A DNA stretch of 63,185 bases, the filler included, from Neolecta irregularis DAH-3 (taxonomy: Eukaryota): the NCBI GenBank assembly GCA_001929475.1. It is 7 parts of 7 records of this genome, joined end to end, with 100 filler letters (N's around TTAATTAATTAA, not from the genome) between each part and the next. Parts side by side here need not be neighbours in the genome. Positions count along the whole stretch, not along the records: positions 1 to 31,993 come from LXFE01000139.1; 6 more parts are not named here. The stretch is one strand, 5' to 3'. Position 1 is the stretch's first letter; each line of letters starts with the position of its first letter. Below the pieces are notes generated by a model. The model was not told the origin of the DNA and did no database searches. It saw only the letters and a list, made by a program, of their open reading frames with translations. The translations under genes were made by a program, and so were the position numbers. Of this stretch, positions 1 through 9,463 are shown piece by piece.

Positions 1-233
1 GGAAATCCTTGCATATCTCGTTCAAGTATCCATTCAACAAGAAACTCCTCCTGTGTTGGTGGCAATCGCTGGTAATTTTGGTGGCCAATTCGACGATTTG
101 GTTTTCCCCGGATTCGCCCAATTAGTGTTGACCTCGGAATTCCGTATGCGGCCGCGGCGGCTTTTTGTGTGGTAAATTTTCCAGATTGGAGATCTTCAAT
201 AGCAGATTGAATTACTTTCTCACGGTCATCCAT
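1..233 (-). mobile_element. pogo/Fot1-type (Tc1/mariner superfamily) DNA transposase, 5' part, running off the window
   Basis: Manual minus-strand translation from ATG at 233: MDDREKVIQSAIEDLQSGKFTTQKAAAAAYGIPRSTLIGRIRGKPNRRIGHQNYQRLPPTQEEFLVEWILERDMQGF. This is a psq-type HTH (AAAAYGIPRSTL) followed by the start of the CENP-B HTH (LxPxQEEFLVEWI). Not in the ORF track. Confidence 0.88.
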
Positions 234-351
234 TTTGAAGAGATGGTGGTGGAGAAAAATCTTTATTTTTATTTTTATTATATATTTATATGGTGTCACG
301 TAACGGGGGGTGACGCTTAAATCGGTGTTGAGCTTATGACTGGACCCCGGA

Positions 352-1953
352 ATGGCCTGCATTTCGACCACCAAGAGGCGAAACATGCATATTCCGCCAA
401 CACATAAATTCCCATCTGCTATTGACAGTCTGTCACTCGAGCTACTCCATCAAGTCTTTATATGTGTTCAACCCCTAGAAGCCTTTGACGCATCTAAACC
501 TCTGCGAACATGTCTTTTGGTGTGCAAAAAATGGTATCATAGCGCCTATCCAATTACCTGGCAGGATACTTCCACCATCATGTCTCCACGGACTCCCAGT
601 GAACATCGAGAAAGACTTATTTTATGGCTAGATGGTCTCAGTGACGAAGATGTGAAGAGTTATACACGATATATCGAAAGCTTTACTTTTTCGTGTGACT
701 GGTCTAATGGAATGCACAACTGTGCCGAGATATTTGGCAGGAACAGATGGTTGTTGGAAAAGATGGTCGCATTACACAAAGTTACCCTTATTCTCCCCTT
801 TCCTCAGCACTTTGATTCATCATACTCTTTAATTCAACACTGCATCAATATCACCCGTTTCATCAAATTCATCAGCATGAAAGAGGCAGTTGATAAGGTT
901 AGTATCTTCTTTCAAAGACGTGGGAATAGCGCATTTACCGAGGCCCAAATTGGTGGAATGGATGTTATGCTAGCCAAGGCAATTGATATCCTTAGCAGAG
1001 AAGGTATTCAAACACCGGAACTCTCGGTTCTGGAACACTCTCCTCTCGTACTGCGAGACGCCTGTCGAGATGTGATTGCATTGAAAATGCTAAAAGTCAA
1101 CTACACAGCAAACTCGCCGCTCTATGATCTCCTCGAGTATCTTCCTAGTCTCGAGTCGTTAGAGCTTGTTTCGACTGGAGTTGGAGCATTTGACTTATAC
1201 GGAAGCCCCTGTTTAACACACATTGGCTTCAATCTTCAAACCCTTATTCTAAGACTCACTGAACTTTCCTTGGAATTTTTGCAATGGCTTCAACAACTAC
1301 CAACACTAATAAAACTGGTTCTCGATACTTGTAACGACACATCTACTTTTCAACCAAATCTTTATGGTTTTCATAGACTACAGAGTCTTCAAATCATAGG
1401 TGACACTATACCTTCTTTTGGACTCATTGAGAGCATTGTGAAATGCACGCAGTCGCTGTGTTTGTTTGATTTGGAGGTTTCGCAGTCCCTCTTGCTCGAG
1501 AATGCATTACATATCATTCACACTGCAACCTCATTGAAGAGACTCATCATCTTGAATACAAATATGTTGAATACAAATATGACATTCCCGGCCAGTTCTC
1601 TCTCTCTTCTTCATACTCACAGGCTTTTGGAGGAATGCCAACTTCCATTGCTAGAACTGGAGTTCCTGCAAATATACGAATTTGCCCTTGCATGTCCCCG
1701 TCTCGATGCACTCAAGATGGTAAGCTGCAATTTTCCGAATTCACGACAAGTATTGAACACGGCGAGTCCATATACCCCAGTACTAGAAACTTGCCTTCGA
1801 ATTTGGAAAGGTAAAAACTTCACTTTGGATTTGAAGAAATTGCGATTTTTGGCTATAAATCTTGAGGATCTAGTCTGGGAGAGCGTCTTCGACAGACCCA
1901 GTCTAGAAATTGTGGCCAAAGCTGAAGAGGAAGATGACCCAATACTTGTATGA
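352..1953 (+). CDS. F-box / leucine-rich repeat (RNI-like) protein, intronless
   Basis: F-box-like LSLELLHQVF...LRTCLLVCKKWY followed by LxxLxL repeats (LPSLESLEL, LQTLILRL, LPTLIKLVL, CPRLDALKM). Start may be the ATG at 352 or the next Met. Confidence 0.75.
   Translation: MACISTTKRRNMHIPPTHKFPSAIDSLSLELLHQVFICVQPLEAFDASKPLRTCLLVCKKWYHSAYPITWQDTSTIMSPRTPSEHRERLILWLDGLSDEDVKSYTRYIESFTFSCDWSNGMHNCAEIFGRNRWLLEKMVALHKVTLILPFPQHFDSSYSLIQHCINITRFIKFISMKEAVDKVSIFFQRRGNSAFTEAQIGGMDVMLAKAIDILSREGIQTPELSVLEHSPLVLRDACRDVIALKMLKVNYTANSPLYDLLEYLPSLESLELVSTGVGAFDLYGSPCLTHIGFNLQTLILRLTELSLEFLQWLQQLPTLIKLVLDTCNDTSTFQPNLYGFHRLQSLQIIGDTIPSFGLIESIVKCTQSLCLFDLEVSQSLLLENALHIIHTATSLKRLIILNTNMLNTNMTFPASSLSLLHTHRLLEECQLPLLELEFLQIYEFALACPRLDALKMVSCNFPNSRQVLNTASPYTPVLETCLRIWKGKNFTLDLKKLRFLAINLEDLVWESVFDRPSLEIVAKAEEEDDPILV
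1552..1581 (+). repeat. Perfect 15-bp tandem duplication inside the F-box CDS (LNTNM x2)
   Basis: TTGAATACAAATATG appears twice in tandem, in frame. Confidence 0.85.
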
Positions 1954-1993
1954 TATTCGGGAAAGATGACCATGAAAATGCCTCGTTATGTAA

Positions 1994-2863
1994 TCAAATC
2001 CTCTCAATCCGCTCTACCATCTTCTCTCCTTCCACCACAATTTCCTTATCCCTGATTCGCCTCATTAGGCCAAAAAAGGCACTATTTTGGAATTTCTCAC
2101 TCGTGTCGTGATTTACCGATTCGATTAATTGGCCAGCTGTTCTAGCCAATGCATCCATTTCAGAGTAATCTTTCTTTTTGTCCTCTTTGGTCTGTTCTTG
2201 ATTTCGATTTTCCTGTGGAAATTGCGAGAAAGCGGCTTCAAATAGTGCGTTTTCAGCATCGATATCAATCTGACTGGTTTGCTGAGGTAGTTGATGAAGC
2301 ATTTGTGGCTCGTAGTACATCGAATTTTGCGTGATATATGCGCTCGTTCGATCGCGCAAAGAATGATCTGGCATCTGCTTGTCCTGGATTACTGTATTCA
2401 TATGAAACTCATTCGGCCAACCAAACCGTTCTTTTCCCTTCCGGCTCCCCATGTTCATTCTCTGAAAGTCGTTTGTCCATGACGATGGGAGATCGGCACG
2501 TTCATATTGCGGTAGAAGCGAGCGCTGGATATTATTAAACGTGCGATTATCAAATCCCGAGCGGGAATCCCATTCTGCGTATTCATCTAGGCCAGAATTT
2601 TCTTGTGTACGGAAAGCCTGTCTATGAGTTGGTGCGCTATCGAACAAAGTACCTGGGACGGAACAAGTAAGGGCCGCAACCGGTTTTGGTATAATGAGCG
2701 ATCTGCTTCGACATGATGCTTCAGGGACGATAGAGCTGTTGAAGGACCGCAAGATTCCATCTTGTAGATCTGAACAGAGAAGGGAGATGGCGATATGTGG
2801 AACGAATGGGGGAATAATTATCTGCCTCGGCTTGTGATTGGGGTTCGTGACTTCAATATACAA
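1994..2863 (-). CDS. PEX20: Peroxin Pex20/Pex18/Pex21-like PTS2 co-receptor; start uncertain
   Basis: WxxxF motifs (WTNDF, WPNEF) and the C-terminal Pex7-binding segment LARTAGQLIESV...KFQNSAFFGLMRRIRDKEIVVEG. Confidence 0.75.
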   Translation of the reverse strand: MYIEVTNPNHKPRQIIIPPFVPHIAISLLCSDLQDGILRSFNSSIVPEASCRSRSLIIPKPVAALTCSVPGTLFDSAPTHRQAFRTQENSGLDEYAEWDSRSGFDNRTFNNIQRSLLPQYERADLPSSWTNDFQRMNMGSRKGKERFGWPNEFHMNTVIQDKQMPDHSLRDRTSAYITQNSMYYEPQMLHQLPQQTSQIDIDAENALFEAAFSQFPQENRNQEQTKEDKKKDYSEMDALARTAGQLIESVNHDTSEKFQNSAFFGLMRRIRDKEIVVEGEKMVERIERI

Positions 2864-3020
2864 GATATATTAAGCATATAACTGATAGAATGTGTTTGGA
2901 GTTTTTGGCTGATAAAAGTCCGAAGGACTATGTATATATTCGGATATAGTATGGTCTTGCAAAACGTCCAGTTCAGGCAATCTAAAAGAACACCCCGACT
3001 CATCCTCCCGGTTTCCCAAA

Positions 3021-3829
3021 ATGTCGCCTTCCGCTACTCCTCAGACTTTGATACTGTGTCCTCCATCATACGCAGCTCTGCCTACACTCCTCGAGTCGTT
3101 TATGGAGAAAGTCTCGGTGCCGACTGATATTCAGATGCTGGATCGTTTAAATGATGACTCAGTCCGGCTCCCCGCAGATACATACCACACCATTCTATTG
3201 CCCGAGACAGACCCGGATCTTCTAAACCCCGTGCTAAATAAAATTCTCGAGAGCCTCAAGAATGGAGGTAAAATGATTCTTGAAGGGATAGCCGTCGATA
3301 AAGTTCGGGGACATGCAGTTTTATCGGGATTTTTAGTGCAGAATAATAAGGGCAAGGTATTATCTCTACATCAAGTTTATCTTATGTATCAGGTCGAATT
3401 AATTAAACCCGAATCAATAGCTGCGATACCACTTCAAAGGAGGAAGAAGGACATCTCGGCGCTCTTGGCCGAAAATTCAGAGCTAATTGACGAATCAACT
3501 CTTCTTTCGACGGAGCCAACTCCCATTGTCCAACGTATTGCGGCATTTTGCGTCTTATTGATTATGTAGCACTTGAATGCGCCCCACCGTCTGGAAAACG
3601 CCGCAAGGCCTGCAAAAACTGTTCTTGTGGGCTGAAGGAACTCGAAGACAAGGAAGAAGCTGGGCGGCCCAGATTGACTGTTGATGAACTAGTCGAAATA
3701 GATTTCACTAAACAGGGCAAAATTGGAAGTTGCGGAAATTGCACACTAGGAGATGCATTTAGATGCTCGGGGTGTCCGCTTTTAGGCATGCCCGCTGGTG
3801 ATCCGAGCACCTGGGGAGATGACATCTAG
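3021..3829 (+). CDS. DRE2: Fe-S cluster assembly protein Dre2/anamorsin (2 short introns)
   Basis: Methyltransferase-like N-terminus, LIDESTLL linker, and the motifs [17 protein letters not shown] and [15 protein letters not shown]. Confidence 0.93.
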
Positions 3830-4340
3830 ATTTGTCTAGTGGTGCTTGTTTGCGGGATTGGTGTTGAAAGGTACAATCGATGGTGCATAGGTTATTAGAG
3901 TAGTCTCTTCAGCAATATCTAATTAGTGCGCGGCATCTGACACGCTTTTGGTTCGGAGTAGTATTTTTTAGAAAAAACATGTAGTCCGTAATCTTTTGTA
4001 TCCTGAGAAAAAGGAACTCGCTGCATAGATTCACAGTCATTTTGGAGTCTATATTAAGTGGGATTTGTTCCAGTTGAGCATACAAACATATTGGATAGAG
4101 TAGTATCCTTACAACTAAACTGTGAGAATGGAATGGATATTCGGGTACTGACCGTTATGAGTCTTGATTAAACGTCAGAAATTCCAAGGGTCCACTTTAT
4201 AGCTGCGGCATGAATGCGCCACGGCCCAGGTGCCTCTGAAATAATGACGTAACGGGGCACAAAGTTGGCATTCAAAAGGGTTCAAATGCCCCAGTTGGCT
4301 TTTCCTCCACCATACTCTTTGTATACACAGCTAACCACAA

Positions 4341-4892
4341 ATGTCTTCATATCTCGGAATCGGACCCAGAACCTACTTGTAGATATCCCCTTTTGGTTTC
4401 TGCGTGCTCATTACTGACAGTCCCACAATTCGACCAACCGCGCTCTTGGTCGGGTGTATCGCTGACTTTGCTGCTGCCTCGTTGATTCAGGGCCCTATTG
4501 CAGGTGCCACATGGGATCGTGCTATGCGAGCTGACAAGGTACGAAGCATTGTTGCCCCTGCTCTTTTGACATTGTAGAATTCTGAATTCTGGCGCAACAA
4601 CCAGAACCAAAACGCCGTTGCTACGTATGGAGCATCATTCATCTCCTCTGTCGTCCAGTCCTACGCCATTGCTGCCCTTATCAACCTCACTGGAACGGTG
4701 ACCTACAAGGGAGCTGCTTCTCTTGGCGTTCTTGTATTCGCTGCTACTTCCGTTCCCTCTGCTGCCAGTGCCTTATACTACGAAGCCCGACCCCTGGAAT
4801 ACGTCTTGATCAAGGCTGCTGGTCACATTGTCTCGACGGTTGGATTGACCACTGTCCTAGTCGCTTGGGGAACGAGGGATATTCAAGCATGA
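4341..4892 (+). CDS. Small multi-exon membrane protein, possibly DUF1761-like
   Basis: ATG at 4341 with short introns; hydrophobic last exon AVATYGASFISSVVQSYAIAALINLTGTVTYKGAASLGVLVFAA...YYEARPLEYVLIKAAGH. Family name is tentative. Confidence 0.55.
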
Positions 4893-5294
4893 GGACGTTC
4901 GCATTTTTGTAAGATCACTGTAGGAAGTCGCATGCAAGAATCTATTCTATTCTATGCAAAAAGAAACTCCACCGTTGGAGTTTCCAGCGAAGATCTACAA
5001 TTAATAAATCAATAAGTTTGCATTACTGCAATCAAGTCACTTTCGGAATGCATCGGACGGTTCCTAAATTGCATCATATGTGACTTTTTGTAGTAATACG
5101 CAGATTGATATCCACGACACGTTCTACATGGATAAAAAACAAAATTCTAGAATGAACCAACCATTACTCCAGTGTTAGAAGAAATTACAATTCGCTGTTT
5201 CCAATATAGAGATTAACAATTTCCATTTCTCAATTTTGGAATATACGTGTCGCGTGCATTTCACTCCACCACACAACTCACTCTTCAGCCAAAT

Positions 5295-6533
5295 ATGAGG
5301 GCGTGGATCCTTTTTTTCCTGCCATCGTTGATATATCTTGTTCTTGCGGGACAAGATTATTATGAAATACTAGGCGTTTCCCGCGATGCAACAGACAAGC
5401 AAATTAAAGCACAGTACCGCAAACTTTCTAAAAGATGGCATCCTGATAAGAATCCAAACGTTGACGAAGCACAGCAAAAATTTGTAGAGTTGGCACAGGC
5501 GTATGAAGTTCTTTCAGATAGCGAACAGAGGGATATTTATGATCGCTATGGAGAAGAAGGATTGAAGCAGCGGCAACAGGGTACAGGAGGCATGTTCCAC
5601 GATCCATTTGATATATTTTCCAAGTTTTTCGGGGTGAGTAACCAGTATATTTTTTGGGGTTTTGACCGGTTAGGGCCATGGGCATTTCCACACGCAGCAG
5701 CGTCAGGGGCCGAGTAGCGAGACCCGATTGAATATCCCGCTCAAAGATTTCTATAAGGGCGGGAAAATCAGTCTTGACATTTCCAAGCAGTTGATTTGTG
5801 AGACATGCGGGGGACTGGGAGCGGCATCAGAGTCTGATATCGAGACGTGTTCTACATGCCGAGGAAGCGGTATTCGTATTATTCAACATCAGCTGGCTCC
5901 CGGGTTCGTTCAAAAGATGCAAACTACATGTGACAAATGCCGCGGAGTAGGCAAGTCGATCAAGAACCCGTGTTCCGTATGTCAAGGACAAAAAGTAGTG
6001 CGAGGAACTACGCAGCTGGAAGTTGAAATTGAGCCTGGAGTACCTGTAAATGCGCGACTCACGTATGAGAATGAAGGCGACCAAAGCCCAGACTGGGAAG
6101 CGGGTGATCTGATTATTGAATTGAAAGAAGTTGAAGATCCGAATGGATGGCGAAGACGAGGCGCAGATTTATACAGATCTGAAGTTATTGGACTCGTAGA
6201 AGCGCTTGGTGGAATAGAACGCAACTTCACTACGATAGATGGACGGACGATTACAGTGAAACAAGACGGTGTTATACAACCTGGTACCGCACTTTCAAAC
6301 AGTTTTAATTAATGCAGGCACGGTAACGATTGTAGAAGGCGAGGGTATGCCTCTGTATCAGTCACAAGGAAAAGGGCGATTGTATGTTGAATGGTCTCTG
6401 GTTCTGCCAGAAGTAGACAATTCTATGGCTTTGGGTAAAAAACATGGTGGAATCTTTCTGACAACCAGAAGTGAAAGCGCTTATTGACAAGCGGAAAAAA
6501 AAGGGATGGTTTGGTAGCAAAGAGGAACTATAG
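5295..6533 (+). CDS. SCJ1: ER-lumenal type I DnaJ/Hsp40 (Scj1/Spj1-like)
   Basis: Signal peptide, J-domain with HPD, four CxxCxGxG-type repeats, C-terminal domain (GEGMP). The last exon ends ...[10 protein letters not shown] (TAG 6531-6533). Confidence 0.88.
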
Positions 6534-6717
6534 AGTCAGTGTTTGTAAATGTGGTTGTTTGATATCGCATATCCTAGTTGCCAATCAATACTCTTCCTGC
6601 CATTCACAGTATATATATTCTACTTATAATATCTATCTACTCGATAACATCAACTTTATTCATGCTACAGACTGCATGAGGCATTCACATTCGGATTCGA
6701 ATGATATTCCACAAAGG

Positions 6718-7671
6718 ATGGACGGGGTAGCAGAGCTGGAGATCTCAGAACTACTATACTGCAGCAAATGTTTCCTCTCCTATTCAGCACAAAATGGGCT
6801 CTTTTGGCTGACATCATGCGGCCATGTGTTGTGTAACAAGTGTTTCTTCAACAACGAGGGTATCTCGACCTAGTAGAATTGATCTGATGAACAAGGTCCG
6901 CACGATCCAGCAACAAGCGAGCTTACATGCGTGTATTGCAGTGAACATCAAGTATCGATAGCAAAGCTGGGCGAACAAGTTACGCTTTTTTCGATTTATT
7001 TTGACCGAAAAACAGCTTCCCTCAGAACTCACACCGTATTTTCGCCCACTTTCTGATCTGGTCGATGAATTGAGCGGTGCGCTCAAGGTCTGGCGGATGG
7101 GCATTATGCGCTGAGTGGGCAGTTCCAGCTGAATTCGCTTGTTCGGCTCCAGCGACACCAGCATTCGCGACTCGCGCAGCAGATGCAGAGTATGGCGCAG
7201 GCGGCGCGTGAATTACAGGCTGTTCGAGTATTAAAAGCTCAGAATGCGCAGTTGCAGCAGGAGAATCGCTTGTTGCGTACTCAGCTCGACATGAACAGCC
7301 GCGACTACTCAAATTCGACAATTCCTGCTGAAATTCCCAAAACTCCCTCATCGTACCTTTTTTCTTATTCTTGTTGAATTTCTAATAGCAGCCGGCGAGC
7401 ACAGACGTTTCGTGGTGGGTTGGCGGCAATGAAGGACGACTTGCGTATTCGGCGCCCGTCTCCCTATTCAGATCGAATTTTTACTCCAGCGCCAAAAACA
7501 CCGCTTCCTCGTCAGTTGCATTCATCAACAACTGTATCAAGCGTTACTTCGCCGTTTTTTTCCAAAACTCGCCTTTCGCCAATGGGCCCACCGCCAAAAA
7601 TCCTCCAGTCATCAAGCGCCATGCCCCATGCGGGATCTTCAATGCGCAGACCAATGCCCCGGAGAAGATAA
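6718..7671 (+). CDS. Zip3/RNF212-like meiotic RING + coiled-coil protein (multi-exon)
   Basis: LYCSKCF...FWLTSCGHVLCNKC RING start; later exons give LPSELTPYFRPLSDLVDELSGALKFQ, a coiled coil (ARELQAVRVLKAQNAQLQQENRLLRTQL) and an S/P-rich tail. Confidence 0.68.
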
Positions 7672-7933
7672 TCAAAGTATTTCACAACAATATATATCAA
7701 ATAATTGGCCATGAAAAGATATTATATTTTACTATTCTGTCAGGATGAATACAGAATAAAGTAACATGTCAGGATAAATTAGTGTCAGGATAGCAAATGG
7801 TTCGCATTTCCTGCGGCTCATGCAAGCTAAATAGCCTGCTGTAGATATCTGAGAATATACAGCATGTGGCATCAGAATGTCTTAAACTGCAACATACTGG
7901 CCCCACTCCCAAAAGTTCTCATCCGGTTCAAAC

Positions 7934-9115
7934 ATGTCCACCAAAGATTCAGAAAACTCGTTGGCTGCATCAAACGAACAAACTGCCCCCACTAAACCTT
8001 CATCTCCTGTTTTCATCGTCCAAGAAAATGTAGGATTATTACTTATCGCCACTTCTCAAATATTTTTTTCTATCATGAACCTCTGCGCAAAACTCCTCAC
8101 GCAAAGAACAAAAATCCATGCCTTGGAAATAATTTTCGTCAGAATGAGTATTACTTGGATAGCTTGTTTGCTTTTCATGTACCTAACTCAAATCCCAGAT
8201 TTCTTACTAGGACCAAAACCCGTTCGAGGACTACTTGTTCTCCGCGGCGTACGTGAACTTTGAAAAACTCGGCTAATCAGATATAGACCGTTGGATTCTT
8301 TGGATTATTCGGAGTTTATTATTCTTTGATGTATCTTTCATTATCGGATGCAACGGTAATCACTTTTCTCGCTCCACTATTCACCGGATTACTCGGTCGT
8401 TGTATCTTGAATGAACCATTCACCAAAACCCAGGTTCTCGCGGGTCTAGTTTCGTTATCAGGAGTCGTAATTATTGCCCGTCCGGACACTTTCTTCTTCA
8501 GAGGACCAACCGTTAAACCTCTCCAGCACCATATGGTCGCTGTTCTCGTAGCCTTTGTATGTATATTTGTCGCTTCAGCAGCGTATATCACTGTTAGGGC
8601 GATTGGAAAGCGCGCTCACCCTCTAATATCCATAAACTACTTTTCGCTTATGGCCATGGTTATCTCGGCCCTGGCACTTGGTATACTGCAAATTCCAGTG
8701 CATCTTCCTGGAGATTGGATTGACACAGGTTACCTATTCCTCATCGGAGTCGCTGGATTCTGTGCTCAACTCCTCTTGACTAGTGGACTGCAGAGAGTCG
8801 CCGCAGGTCGTGGAGCACAAATGCTATACATACAAGAAATATCTTCATTGACTCTTGAAAAAGTACATCAATTTTTATCCCGTCTTATAAACAGGTCGTC
8901 TTTGGTACGTCTCCCGACATTTGGTCAATCATCGGTGCCATGTTGATTCTCGGGGTATGTACATCCTGAATACCCAGCTGGTTAACTTAATCTAGGGTGC
9001 CATATGGGTAGCCGTAACCAAAGAATCCCCACAGAAATCAAAGAAAACTCCCTTGCACGACGAAGAATGTGATGGACTGTTGATCCAAGAACGCACGCCT
9101 CAAGGCTCAGTTTAA
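7934..9115 (+). CDS. EamA / drug-metabolite transporter family membrane protein
   Basis: About 10 TM segments; EIIFVRMSIT, LLVLRG, YLSLSDATVITFLAP, AYITVRAIGKRAHPLISINYFS. Confidence 0.88.
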
Positions 9116-9463
9116 ATTCGACTTTCTGTTGGCTGATAAAGTATTTGTATTATATTTGGATGTTTAGAGGAGGAACAGGGCGTTGCCGGTTCCTATATCG
9201 AAATTGAAAATAGATTTACATTTTTCAAACCATTTTCATGAGTCTCACACTCTCTTTATAGAATGTCTTCGTATGTCACCAGCGTGATAATTACGACTTC
9301 ATCGTCAAAGGAATTCTGTATATTAACTATATATTCAATAATTTGAATCGCGTTCCAAGAGTAATCGGGGCATTTCGATTTCCTTAATTCACGTGCCGCA
9401 ATCGCCGTTCCATAAATATTACAGAGAAAATTTCATTTTCAGTGACCCTTCTCACCAGTCATC

